The position numbers and the translations under genes are program-made. This document shows positions 48,631 through 61,800 of a stretch of DNA of 64,000 nt, piece after piece; the stretch's first letter is position 1, and each line of letters opens with the position of its first letter. The DNA comes from Podarcis pityusensis (taxonomy: Eukaryota): assembly GCA_964106645.2 (NCBI GenBank), contig OZ067045.1. One strand, 5' to 3'. Under the pieces are notes generated by a model, which saw nothing but the letters and a program-made list of their open reading frames with translations, was not told the origin of the DNA and searched no databases.

Positions 48631-49189
48631 TCCTACCATCTTAAGGACTCACTAGGGTGGTGGCTTTGATTTGCCTTCCCGTGACTGATCCATGCACACG
48701 GCTTTGTGTTTCCAACTCAAGACCCATTGAAGAACATCTCATCCAGTTCAATCTTTGAAAAACAGCTTTGAAAAACTTTTTCATATTCTCCAGTGTGCTA
48801 CTTTTGCCGTTGTGGCGGCACGGGGTTGCCGTTCTGTGACTGGACTTATGCGACTTGTTGAATGGTTCATTTATCCAGTCTGTATAACGTTTACTGCACA
48901 TGTAACTTGTTAAGATAGAGTTGTACATTTATCCCCTCCATGTTTACAGTATCTCCAGGCTTTGTCTTGCACATGGCACCTTAGTATGTTTGTTGTTTGA
49001 ATGGTTATAAGTCTATCTCTATTCTAGCTATTATTCAAGTAAATTTGGTTTTATACTTATAAGCCAGTTTGTGGTGTTGTTGTTTTGTTGGCCTTTTTTT
49101 CTCCTGAAGATATTCCAGAAGGCAGCACAGGTTTCTTCTTTAATTGAAAGACTGCATGTAGATATCCTAACAAATAAACTTTTTCTAGA

Positions 49190-49317
49190 AGGGTTGCCAT
49201 ATGTCCTCTTTTTCCAGGACACGTCCTCTTTTTCATGGGTAGAGTTGTCACAATGATCCATAGTTAGAAGTTGGCAAATGTGCCCTCTTTTTTGCTCTTC
49301 TGAATATGGCAACCCTA
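49190..49317. mobile_element. hAT-Blackjack-like MITE, copy 2 (inverted)
   Basis: AGGGTTGCCATAT / ATATGGCAACCCTA. Confidence 0.75.
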
Positions 49318-50392
49318 ATTTCTACTATATATTTTGGAAAGTGGTTTGCCTGTTTCTAACCAATTTCCCCCCGATGGTTTCAGAGATCCAGGAGATCCAG
49401 GAGATCCAGGAACAGTTTGGGTACAGCTGGACACCCTTTTGATACAGGATTGAAGATGGAACCTTTAAAAACTGCAGTGCTTTTAACCACTGGCTTCAGA
49501 ACTGTACAGATTTGGGGGGCTTCTTATAATTCTCAAGCAACACCAGTGACAACGCTGCTAAAACAGCCTTATCTCAGCTGAGTTCCTAGACCCACTTACA
49601 TGGGAGAAGGCTATTCCTCCATCGTGAATTTTTCCAATGCCTGAGTGGGGTTCAGCTGAGCCCGTCTCCCAATTATTTCCAGGCATCACCTTCAAATGAA
49701 CATAAATAGGAGTTTGTGATAAATGGTCCCAAAGCACCCCCAAACCAACACACCATTTTCATGGACGTCAGAGTGTTTTGAGTTTTGTTTGTTTGTTTTA
49801 CACCTGGTGAAAATTAACATGAAATCAGTAAGTAGCTAAAAGGAATGGTGTGTGGAGCAGGGGGAGGCAGGGCATTGAAAGCAATGTCTGCTCGCCTTTC
49901 CAGCCAACTAGGCTGAAGTGGCTGAGAGGCGTCAATGGTGCTGTTTGTGTGGCTGATTCCCAACACTTCTCAGTTCCTCCTCTCCTCTCCCCACTCCCCA
50001 CACCTTCACCTCTGCTCCTCCACCCATCCTCCCCCTCCATTCCAGGGAGAATAAATCAAGGCAAATTGCACAAGGCAGCCGATACGCACATGTCAAACAT
50101 TTCTTAATGGAGTAGCTCAATGAAGGTTTCTGCCACCTGGGCGTGGGGGCTGGGAAGGTTGGCCCTCAACTTGGGGAAAGAGATGATAAGGAGAGGGAGC
50201 AGAGTGTAGGGGAGAGAAGAAGGAACAAAGAGAGGCAGGAGATAGGAAAGAGAATACTTTTGGTTCTGCCTTTGCATCTCAGAGTATAAAATGATCTGGG
50301 CTTTTTTACAAGGTAGAACTGTTAAGGAATTCCTTAGAATAAAATCTGAATGTTGTGTGGTGCATGTTCAATTCATTCCTGTTTTCCCCTGC

Positions 50393-50397
<5 letters not shown>

Positions 50398-50440
<43 letters not shown>
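50398..50440. repeat. (AAT)n microsatellite
   Basis: Direct reading. Confidence 0.95.
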
Positions 50441-50444
<4 letters not shown>

Positions 50445-51456
50445 GCCCTTCACCAGCAGGTCGCAGGTCAAGTTACCACACTTTAAAAGCAATTAACACT
50501 GATGCACTTGTGTGACAAAGGGTCCTCCTGCTGGTACCAGATTTTATTTTATTTTAATTTTTTTTTGCAAACCGCTTTGATGATTTGAACTGATATTACC
50601 CTTGCTGGGACCTTTCCCTGGAAAATCAGCGCCTCACTATGTCAGGTTCCTATTGGAAGACCGGACAAACGCTAGAACATTAGCAGTGGTGAAGTTTTTA
50701 TCGGTGGTTGCAAGAACCAATAATCCCTAACTTTAAGTCTGCACAAAATGCTTGTTTAACCTGGAGGTAGGCTGTCTGAATTGTGCATTGCTTTGTAACA
50801 ATTTGTTGGGTCTCTGGACCATAATAAAGATTGATTGATATAATCAAGATGTATCTAAATCTTGTGAAATAAATAAGATTCTTTCTGCAGGGAAGTAAGA
50901 GCAATTTTTACCTTTGTATATTAGACTAATTTCCACACATTCTAGCACACCCTTTTCCCTATCTTCCATTCAGGGAAGGAAGGAGCATTATTTGGGTTCA
51001 AGGCCACATCCCAGCCAGGCAAAAGCACTCAAGGAGGGTACGAGGAGCAACGGGGGCGGGGTGGGGGGCGGGCTGAGATTCTCCAACCATGGGATAGGTC
51101 TCATCCAAGCCTCATCTTGGAATGAAAAGATTTCCCTTATGTTTCTTATTCCTCTGATACTAAGGTTGTTACCTTTGTTCTGGCAAAATACAGGACAGGG
51201 CGGGGTGGTTGAGGGGCTTTCCCCCTCCCCATCTGGTGCTGAAGTGCCTTCAAAGCAATCCATTGCAATCTATTGCAGCCTAACAGGATGGCCCCTCTGG
51301 AATTTGCCCCACCCACCCACAAATTTGTTAATCTGTCTGTCCTTGGCTACACAGAACTTAAATACATGACCTTTCACACACCCTTTCAAAGATATGCATT
51401 GGAGAGGATCCCTAACTTGGCAGAGAGAGAGAGATGGGGGGGGGGGGAGAGAGAGA

Positions 51457-52089
51457 GAGGACCTGATTTAGGTTTGATGAGGCCCTAAGCTACTGAAGGT
51501 GATGGGGCCCTTTATATGTCCAGCTGTCCTTTGTCAACAACATACAGTGGTACCTCGGGTTGCATACACTTCAGGTTACAGACGCTTCAGGTTACAGACT
51601 CCGCTAACCCACAAATAGTACCTCGAGTTAAGAACTTTGCTTCAGGTTGAGAACAGAAATCGTGCTCCAGCGGTTCGGCAGCAGCAGGAGGCCCTATTAG
51701 CTAAAGTGGTGCTTCAGGTTAAGAACAGTTTCAGGTTAAGAATGGACCTCTGGAACAAATTAAGTACTTAACACGAGGTACCACTGTATTGTCACTGTTT
51801 TTTGTGTTGAATGTATGCTATATGGTAATTTATGGACCTAATAGGTATCTAAAGCCATTTGCACATAACAAAATATGTATTTTATCAAAGTAATTGTTGA
51901 ACTGAAATACAATTAAGAAGTATATTAATAGTGAAATACAATTAAGAAGAAGTATATTAATAGTGAAATAATTATTAAGCTCTAACTTAAAATTTTGGAA
52001 ATGTACATCCTGTTTTTCCCCCTTTAATTTTTTTAGGGGGCCCCACCCTAAGCTATAGCTTGTTTAGCTTATATGTAAATCCAGCACTG
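51457..52089. mobile_element. hAT-like element hosting a Tigger-like MITE
   Basis: Degenerate TIR ..CCTGATTTA / TAAATCCAGCACTG; CCCTAAGCTA at both ends. Confidence 0.55.
51545..51786. mobile_element. Tigger-like MITE, copy 5 (nested)
   Basis: TA-flanked TIRs. Confidence 0.9.
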
Positions 52090-52599
52090 CCTGAAATACA
52101 GGACAAAATTGTATCAATACAGGATGTAGCACTTTACACTGAAATACAGGACAACCTTGTATTATACAGAAGGGGTCGCAGCCCTATCTAATACCCACTA
52201 CTGCTTTTGAACTTCGATTAGACGAGCAGAAGTTCCAAAGTTATTTCCCAAATCAGAGTGTTTTTTGTTTGCCACAGATCTGTCCATTTGCACCTTTTAC
52301 GTTACCAGCGAATATGTGCACCATGATTAACACTGTTACATGAGCTCCACATTAGAAAAGAGGGTGGAGAATTTGGAACTGCAGATTGTAAGCGGAATTC
52401 AGATGAAGTTTCAGAACCTCCCCCTACATTGCAGAAGTTGGGCCTTTTCGGCAAACAGAGTGTTCAGTCTTTGCCTCACTGAAGAAGGGACATATTAGAG
52501 CTGGAGGGAAAGTTGAGATTTGGGTAAGCAAAATGACCAAGGGGGTGGAGCAACACCACCGTGAAGAAAGGTTCCAATATACAACATTATTGTATATAA

Positions 52600-53105
52600 T
52601 AATGGTATAATAGGTTAGTTTAGGGAAGAGGCAAGTCAATAGGGGCATGATAGAGGCTTATAAAATTAGTGTGGAGAAAATGGATAGCGAAAATCTTCAC
52701 TCTCCCACTCATAATACCAGAACTTGAGGACACTCAATGACGCTGAATGTTGGAAGATTGAGAACAGAGAGAAGAAAGAAATGTATTTATGCAGTGCATA
52801 GTTAAACTGTGGGATCTGCTCTCATGAGATGCCCATCAACCTGGATGACTTTAAAGGAGGATTAGGCAAATGCAAGGAGGGTAAGGCTATCCGTGGCTAC
52901 CAGCCACAATGTCTATGTTCTTCCTTCACTGTTGGAGGCAATATGTCTCTGAATACAAGTTTCTGAGAATTAGAATTAGGGAGCAGGCTCAGGTCTGGCT
53001 TGTGGACTTGTCCTGGGGCATCTGGTTGGCCACTGTGAGCACAGGTTGTGGAATTAGATGGGCCTTTGGCCTGATCCTGCAGCAGGTCTCTTCTTAAATT
53101 CTCAC
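52600..53105 (+). mobile_element. CR1-like LINE 3' fragment
   Basis: GGGGCATGATAGAGGCTTATAAAATT...GATGGGCCTTTGGCCTGATCC. Confidence 0.75.
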
Positions 53106-54968
53106 ATTGTTCTCTCCAAGCTGTTGAAAATGAGTTTGGCAAAGGACTGCTGTGTGAAATGAGATTATTATTTTTTAAAAAAAAGGGAGTTCTGTTTTGT
53201 TTTCTCCCCTTAAGTCAAGCAATAGGACAAAGGAACAACATAGTTCCACGTCTTCAGGGATTCCGTGCTCCACATGGCTACAGGGCCTGTCATTCATAGG
53301 TTGACTTTGCGGTGTCTGGCAGAAGTGCAGATAAAGAGTGGCACAAGTCCTGGAGAGCATCTCTGACCTGAAATTTTGCTCATTTTTTTAGCAGCATTTT
53401 CTGCAGTTGTGTGAGATCGTTCCCTCTTTATGCTAGCAACAAACATGGCGGCCCCCTTTTTTTTGCGGGTCTACGGACTGTAGCGGGTCTACAGACTGTA
53501 CTGATAAAATGCTGGGCTTTCATTGTCCAATGGTATTGGGCTTCTACCAGAATGCTCCTCCAATCACAATTAGCCAAGAAAACAGGAAAGGCGAGAATTT
53601 CCCAATTATCCTTATTTGGTGCGAAAAGCTTCCTCCCCTCCCCCACCCGTCACGTTTAGGAATGGGAGGGGGATGTTGATCTCTCCTGATGTGCGCTGAA
53701 CTTTTGAACCCGCGACGACCTATTTTAATTTTTTTTTTTTTTAGTTTTTCAGGAGTCATGTAAAGTTCATTGCCCTTTTGCACATTTGCACCACCAAGGG
53801 GACACAAGGGAGCACATCAAAAGCAATATCCGTCAACCTGAGGATGCATTCAGGATCCATCATTGTATTAGCAACCCCAGTGAAACACCAGTAGCTGTGG
53901 GGGGCGCAACGTGCAGCATAGGCACATGCAACAATATCTCTTTGTGCAGAACATGGGGACCTTTCTTCATCTGCACCAATTAGGAAGCTGCCTCGCTGTG
54001 AGTCGGAGGGGTCCGCAAGACCGACACCCAAATGTACCCAATTTTCGCTGGTTCAGTGCTCTTTCCTTCCTGCCAGAGCTCATAAGGATCCAAACACCAA
54101 TTTGCTGAGCACACAAGGGGTGTGAAATCCCTTCTCAAAGTTAATTGGAGCCGATTGAAGCTTCAGAGAGATGGTGGGCAAGCGAATTCTTCCAGAGCGA
54201 ATTGGGCATGTTCTATAGATAAGAGCTTCGTGGGGCGTTTTCTCTTTGTCTCCCCCGCCCCTGCCCCACAAAGCTTTGATCAGGGATGAGCTGCACGGCC
54301 ATTTTGGTATCAGCGGCTCCACTCACAAGGCGTACTAAAATGGCCATCTCAGTCGCTTCTGATCTTGGTATTCTAAACGTTATGCTTTCCGGCTGGGCTG
54401 AATCGGATACCCAGGCAGACCCTGAGTGCTGTGCAAGCTCTAGATTTGGAAGAACTGCCCCCTCCATGCACAATAATGTCTCCATCTCTACTCTGTTGCC
54501 GGCACTCTCTTGCTTGCCCATGATATAGGAATTCTTAAATATAGAATAAATATAGTCTTAAATATAGAATAAATGTTGATAATTTCACAAGGTAAACACA
54601 CATACATAAGTATATAAACCACATGTCTAAAACAGTACAAGAGAGCAACCCACATGCCATCTTGGCTCTCCTAAAGACTAAATATTTCCTCTGCCTCCTT
54701 AATCCCATCTGCCTGAGAACAGATAGCAACTAGGGGAAGTTCCTGAAGGGATTCCTTTCCTAGATCTATGGACCTCCTTTGCATTAATGGTCATTGTTTG
54801 CCCAGATGCTCTGCATTGAGGGATGTCTGACTGACTTCCTGGTTGTCTTATCAAATGCTACTGTTTTGTACAAACTGTGTCTGGAACTATGTAAAACTTG
54901 CTAAATCCTCAGGAATATCACACCTTGGCCTGCCTGAGCCACAATAACCCCACCTTATGTGTGATGTA

Positions 54969-55087
54969 GGGACGTGGGTGGCACTGTGGGTTAAACCACA
55001 GAGCCTAGGGCTTGCCGATCAGAAGGTTGGCAGTTCGAATCCCTGCGATGGGGTGAGCTCCCATTGCTCGGTCCCTCGCTCGGTCCC
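54969..55087 (+). mobile_element. Sauria SINE 5' head only
   Basis: GGGACGTGGGTGGCACTGTGGGTTAAACCACAGAGCCTAGG..GTTCGAATCCC. Confidence 0.85.
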
Positions 55088-56725
55088 TTAGGTTCTTAGG
55101 AGAACAGGGGGTGGAACAGCTTTCGGGCAGGTGAGTAAGAGAGCAAGGGGTGAAGGGGAAACAGTTGCTAATGGAATGACCCAAGTCAGCAGTGGGCTGA
55201 TGAGAAAGTATCAATGGCAGTGAGGAGCCAGCGCATGAGGTGTCCTTTGGGGCCATCAGGGTGCTAATTGCTGATCTTGAGAAACATCTGCTATGGGGAA
55301 GCTGTGGGTCCTAATCATGTTGTTGGGACACTAGTTTCCATCAGCCCCAGCCAGTGTGGATAATAGCCAAGAATAGTGAGAGATGGAGTCCAGCAACATC
55401 ATGAGAACCACAGCTCCCCCCCCCCCCGCCAGCCCATGAGCAGCACTTCTTTTCCCAGCATTCCTTTCCCAATCCCATCTCTGACATCTGTGCTCATGGT
55501 CAGCCATGGGAGAAGCTGATTCAGACCATGTGCATCAGCTGTTGGGAGTTGAGGCCTTTGAAAGGTGCCTCCTTAGAAGCAAAGGCCAGGGCTTTCTTCT
55601 CCACACCTTGTTCCCAAAGCACACATTTGTCACCCGCTTTTGCCAGAAACTGCTGATAGGTCACACTTCCCCTCTTCCACTTGAATTAAAGTGGGATGGC
55701 ACATTCCAATGTAAGTATGCAAAATAAGATTTACCTTGATGAGTGATTTTGCCATATGTCGCTGTGTTCCACTGTGAGTCCGTGTCCTGCATGGTGGCCA
55801 TTGTTTGGAAGCAAGCCAGCAAGCCCAGATTGTTAACTCACACAGAGATGCAGGGCGCTTTCCTTAGAGGGCAGATGATCCTGATGTTTGTCTGCCTCAA
55901 GAGTGATCAAACTGTCTCATCCCACTTAACACAACAGAGCTAGCCTAATTAACACCCAGAGCCATGAATGATGCAACAACCAGACTTTAATTTGTTAATT
56001 TTCTCCATTCTCACTGTGCTCTTATAGCCATTTTCTCAAAACAGCCCTGAGCGTGCCCAGGGCTGGCATGGAATTTCAGATTTAATCTATTTCCAGTCTG
56101 GTTTATTGAATAATTGCAATTAGAGGGTCCTCCCCTACACTTGTGGGAGTGGGAGCCTCCTCTTGGGGAGCTTGCGCTTACACAACTCAATGTTTCGGTG
56201 AAACTTTCCTCAGTCACCTTCCTCCAACACAGGGATTGAAGGTGACTTGCTGCGAGTCGCTGCTTCATGATCCTGTGAATTTTCACACAAGCGGTACAGC
56301 TGCAGTGGGGAGAGGGCAGTTTCTAACTCACAAATCAGAACTGTGTTGAAGGGAGGCAGCAAAGTTCTGACTGGTGAGGGAGAAACTTTCAGGCTAAAGA
56401 ACCAGGAAATGGAGTGCACCTCAGGCTACGGCAGCTGAGTTTCTCGGATGGCTGCCAGAGACCCAGCAGAACCCAACCTTGAGTGCTGCCCAGTGACACA
56501 AACAACGCCACTCACCACCCTCCCTGACAACCCCTGACAGCATTTTAGCAATGAAAGGGGGGCAGTGCCACTTTTGAATGGAAGCTACTCCCAGTTCCCA
56601 TCTACTGCGGCTCCCTTCAGTTGTTGGGGGCAACCAACCCTTATCAGCCCCAACAAATGTGTGTTGGTGAAAAGCTGCTATAGCTTTGTGCGCTCTGTGG
56701 CTTTCACAGGCTGGGTTTTATAGAC

Positions 56726-56869
56726 CAGGGTTTCCTAAACTTGGGTCTCCAACTGGTTTTTTTTTTTTGGACTACAACTCCCATCATCCCTAGCTAGCAG
56801 GACCAGTGGCCAGGGATGATGGGAATTGTAGTCCCAAAACAGCTGGAGACCCAAGTTTGGGAAACCCCG
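56726..56869. mobile_element. Palindromic hAT MITE
   Basis: Near-perfect palindrome, flanked by the direct repeat TATAGAC. Confidence 0.85.
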
Positions 56870-58761
56870 TATAGACTATCTAGAAACTGGGCATTGTGAG
56901 GAGAGGCAGGACTGAGATTTGGATATATGCTTCAAGGTCCAGACTATGGGAAGTCCCGAAAAATTAATAATTATAATTTGGATGATAATTTGGTCTTTTT
57001 TATTTTAGTTTTTTTATTTTAATTGGATTATGATTTGATATGTTAATTGGATGTTTTTTATTGGAAAATTGATAAAAATGATTTAACAAAAAAAGAGAAA
57101 GAAATTGGGCATTGCATTTTGAGTAAACAATGATGGCAAGATAGCCCCCATAGGTGGGCACCAAGCTTCTCTCTTAAAGGGGACACCACTAGGTGCCCAG
57201 TAAGGAAGGCCTTGAGTGGCAGCATGCCTGGATCAGGGCAGTGAAAGGCCCCTTTGAGACCCTTCACCAGTGCCCCAATCCCACCCCCACCCCACCATGC
57301 AGTGATGAGCACTAAGGGGCTCATTGCCTTCCATAAAGGGAGGATATATGCAATTCAAATCATATAAAACCAGGGCTCCAGTCTTTCCATTTCTAGCTCT
57401 GCCTACTTTTACCTGTGCCCTTACCTGCCTCTGGCATGTGGAAGCTTGCCCAGAATGGAATGTGACCTTCAGGCTGAATTCTAGTCCCCCCCCCTCCCCC
57501 AACCTTGGTAGGCTTATGGGGAGTGAGGCCTGCAGGCTCCATCAGGCAGGACTGCCTAAAAGCCAGAGCCATCCCCAAGCTTCACTTCCATTCTGCATGG
57601 TTATCCAACGAGGCAGTCGACAGACGGCGAACAAAGAATAAGAGCCCGCCAGTGAGTGCTTCAAACTTTTACACTTCACATTTATTTTGAAAAAAAAGTC
57701 TTCTTAAAAATACTCCTACAAAGGCATCGGAGCAGCAGATTTTGTTTCCTTTATAAATACATCTGGTTTATTATTATTATTCATTATTATTCTTTCCTCC
57801 CCAGCAACATCAAAAGATGCATCATGGAGCCAGGAGAAGGCCCTGGTCGGAATGGAAGACACCCCCATGTGAGCAGGGCTGGAACGCCACTTACCTATTC
57901 ACATTTTCTAAAAAATACAAACATGGTCAGGGGAACAGCAAATGTCTCACACCCAAGGCCATGGCCCATGGGCAGGTGGAGACTGCGCAGGCATTCTGAA
58001 GTAGAGACCTGTGCAGTAAATGGGTCACCACTGAGCAGGGAGAAGAGGCTTGGAAACTGAAGACGTTGCTCTGAGCCAGAGCTGAGGTGCAGGGCTGCAG
58101 GGTAGGGGTGGAGTAGGAGAGAACCCAAAGTGGCAACAAACACCCGGCCAGTTTGGTTTTCATCTTGAGACTGGTGATGGTTGGTGCATGGGGATCTTCT
58201 GGGGAAAAAAAGATCCTTTAGCTGTCATTCCTGCATTGCAGGAAGTTGGACCAGATGACTCCAGATGCTGCTGAAGGAATCATTCTTGATGCTATGACTT
58301 TTTTCAGGGCTGTTTGTTGCAGTTGACCTCTTCCCTCCTACATCTGCTGTTTTTTCAGTAGTGTTCATTTCAACCTCTTGGTTGGTTCCAGCCAATCAGG
58401 AATCATGCACTGGATGCAATGATACTAGCCAATCAGGAATCACAGACTGGATGTGAACTATGGTAGCCAGTTGGAATGAGTGATGGGCTAATGTCGATTG
58501 TGGTTAAATGAAACCTTTCAGAGCCAGGGAAGTGCTTCCTGTACTGTTCACAGGGACACATCTAACCTATCAAGCAGCACTGCAAGAAGGGAAAGATCTC
58601 TCAGAAACCACCCCCAATGTACTCTCTTTTAATCCTGATACTGTTGTAGGTGAAACTGTCACCTGCTGTTCTAACCCTTGCAGTAAGAGATCTCCCAACT
58701 TGGTGGCAACAACAGTGGTGTTTCCAGTTGTCTTTCTAGCAGCATTAGAACACAGGGGCAC

Positions 58762-58865
58762 TGGAAGCAGCAGGCAGGGGTCTTTCCTAGCCCTGCCTGG
58801 AGATGCTGGGGACTGAACCTGGGACCTTCTGCATGCAAAGCAGGTGCTCTACCCCTGAGCTACAC
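58762..58865 (-). mobile_element. Squam3-like tRNA SINE head
   Basis: GGGACTGAACCTGGGACCTTCTGCATGCAAAGCAGGTGCTCTACCCCTGAGCTAC. Confidence 0.75.
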
Positions 58866-61800
58866 CCCATCAGCCGGTTTCATCCTTATTGGATTGGGCA
58901 TGGAACTTAAAAACCAAAGTCTACCCCTGGAACTGGTGATGGGGCATGAATCAAAAGACGTCCAGCTGGAAGAGGACAGCAAGTATCTGAGAACAAGGCC
59001 AGGCTGCATCAGTTGCTGCAGGGCCCACCCAGAATTTAAAACAGTAGCCATCTACAGTTATGGCCTTCTAGATGTTGCTGGACTCCCATAATCCCTGACC
59101 ACTGGCCCTGCTGGCTGTAGGGGCTGATAGGTATTCACCAATATCTGGCTCCTCTTTGCTGATCTGTAGAGCATGGAAGTGTACACAAAACTGAAAGGGG
59201 GCACGGACAAGGCAGCCTGCAAGAGCCAGACCAGAGCCTTCTAGCCTGTTTCTTTAGGCAGCCCAAGGCCTCTGGAAAGCCTGTTCTCATGAAAGAAAGG
59301 CAAAGAAGATGCTGAGGTCATTGAGTCTTCCTGGAAGTCACAAGAGGGACAGGCTGTAACCCCAACTTATAGGTATGATTCCCCAGTAGAAGGAATATAA
59401 ACTGAGGATGAACCCAATCTGACCTATGTCTATTCTTTCAGCATCTAATATTTTCTTCCACCCTTTGGGTAATTAATCCATCATTATCCTCAGCAGTGTG
59501 AGATGGCACCATAGGGAAATGGCTCCCATGCTACTGGGCATGTGTGAAGGGTGGGGTTGGGCAGCAGAGACCAAGATCTAACACAGGGCTGGGGAACCTG
59601 CAGCCCTCCCAATGTTGCTGGGAGCCAATTTCTATATCCCACAACCATTGATCAGGCTGGCAAGGGCTGCTGTATATTGTGAAACCAACAGCACCTGGAG
59701 GACTCAAAGCTTTAATGCATAAAAGAAGACCAGATGAGAAGAAGCACCTGGTTCTGAAACCCAACACACAACTCATTTGTTCCACTGAATTCAGTGGGAC
59801 TGACTTCTTGAGTTGGCGGGTATAGGATTGCACTGCAAGCTGGGTTTTTTCATGGGTAGAGTTTTAAAGCAGGGGTGGTGAACTGGATCTGGCTAATGGG
59901 CTGGATCCTTACCTCCCCATCCCACTATGGGTCAGGTTTGGCAGGTTGCAGGCAGCCTGCCCACCTGTCAATCACCTGACATCAATGCCAGGCAACCCAT
60001 TTTTGCCCATGTGGCTTGAAAGCAAACTGTGTGGGTATAGGCACTGCACTTCACCTGCCCTGATGATCGGCTGATTGATAACAGCAACACCCCTTGCTTC
60101 CAGCCCAACCGCATCCTTATCTGCCCCACACCTGACATAAAGTATATCATCGGATGTAGGACATGTGAGCATAGCTTGATCAAAACATCCTAGGGTTTCA
60201 AAACCAGAGACTGGTGGACCTAATGAAGCTAGCTAGCAGAAGCTTCTCCACCCGTGTCTTAAACCAAGGAAGTTCCATTCCAGTTCAGTTACTGTTCTGC
60301 TTTAAAAAAAAAGAAAATCACAGTGAAATATTTGAGCGTTCTATCAGACTTTTGCATTTAGGAATTGCTTTTCTCTGCTCCTCTCTCCCAGCAGCCCCAA
60401 AGTGCTTGCCTTTGATATGCAAATCCTGGGGCCCTACTGAGAAAGTAGGGCTTTCTGACACAACACGCCACCCCTCTCCACTCCTAGCCCTATCACAGTG
60501 TCCAGAAGTGCCAGGGCCCGGGGCCTGACGATTTATTGCTATCTTCAACAGAACGCTGCCAATCCAGTTTCAGCTCCAAGATCGCTAAAAAAAACATGGC
60601 GACGGCAGAGGAAGGTGGCGGGCATGGGATGAAGAGAGGGTGGGTGCTGGCTCAGCGTGTTGGAAGAAATCAGAAGGGTGACTCAAGCAGTTGCAATGGG
60701 GTGATGCGGAGCGACAGGGCAGCTCTGGTGCATTAAAGGCAAGCGCTGTGCACGGAACAGTCCTGATTCTGAATTCTGACACCACACTTGAAATACCTGC
60801 AAAATAAGTCTCTCTGCTGGCTTAAGGACAGATAAAAGACGAGTGTGCATGTTTGCGGGAGGGAAGCACAGTCGAGGAGAAAGAGGGGAGATTTCCAGGA
60901 TCTGGTGAGGTCACAATGAAATATCTAGCATAGATGGGTGAGTCCCATCTCATTAGAACAATGGAAGAAATGAGACGAGTCTCCATCAGCCCCCTTCTCT
61001 TGAAATCGTAGTCTGCATTAGGCGTGCTGCGGGTGGACTCTCTCACACACACAGTGAAATGGCTCAGGTAGATGTGTGTGTGTTGTGTTGTGTTGCCCGT
61101 CTGCTGGTGAAGACAGCTCCCCTGCCCTCCCTCCCGTGATACCAGCAGCACCCAGTGGAACAAGACTGGGCCTTCGTCAGGAGGGAAGGGTCAGGGCAGC
61201 TTTAGTGCAAAGATACGTCAGGTCCTTCCCCCTGTGCAAAGGAGCTTGCACAGAAAAACAGAAGGAAGGCAGCGGAGCACAAAGGCCAAGGCTGGCTCAG
61301 GTTCCAGGGGATAGCTTGGTGTGGCCCTAAATGGGGATGGCTTGGAATGGGACACCCTGCCCCACCAACCAAAGGGATGAAAGCTACCCATGGCATTGTA
61401 AGAGCTCTTTGCTCTGTACAACCAAGCTACACCTGATTCTGTGATAGCTGTATGGGATTATGACAGATTTCAGGACATTGAAATCTGTTTCTCCCTGCCA
61501 TGCGCACACACCTCTGGCAAGTCCACAAGATAGTATATGTACTTCTGCCAGCATTTGTATTTATTTATTTTTTAATCAGCCCAGGTAACCTACCTACAGC
61601 AGCCCAGTTCAGGAGTAACAGAAAATTGTGGCTTTCTGCCATGCGAACAAGCTAAGGGTTGTATCATTCCTTTTCTCCTTTCCTCTTTTCTGGTCACAAG
61701 GAAGAGATCAGATGTTTTTGATCTATTTTTAACCAAGGCACAGTTCCCCACAGTGTCCAAACTCAAGGACTGAAGGTTTGTTTAAACTAGGATTTAAGAA

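Noticed and set aside
48641-48928. 95-aa minus-strand ORF considered as TEX46, the human upstream neighbour
   Set aside because: No convincing similarity or exon structure; would need tBLASTn.
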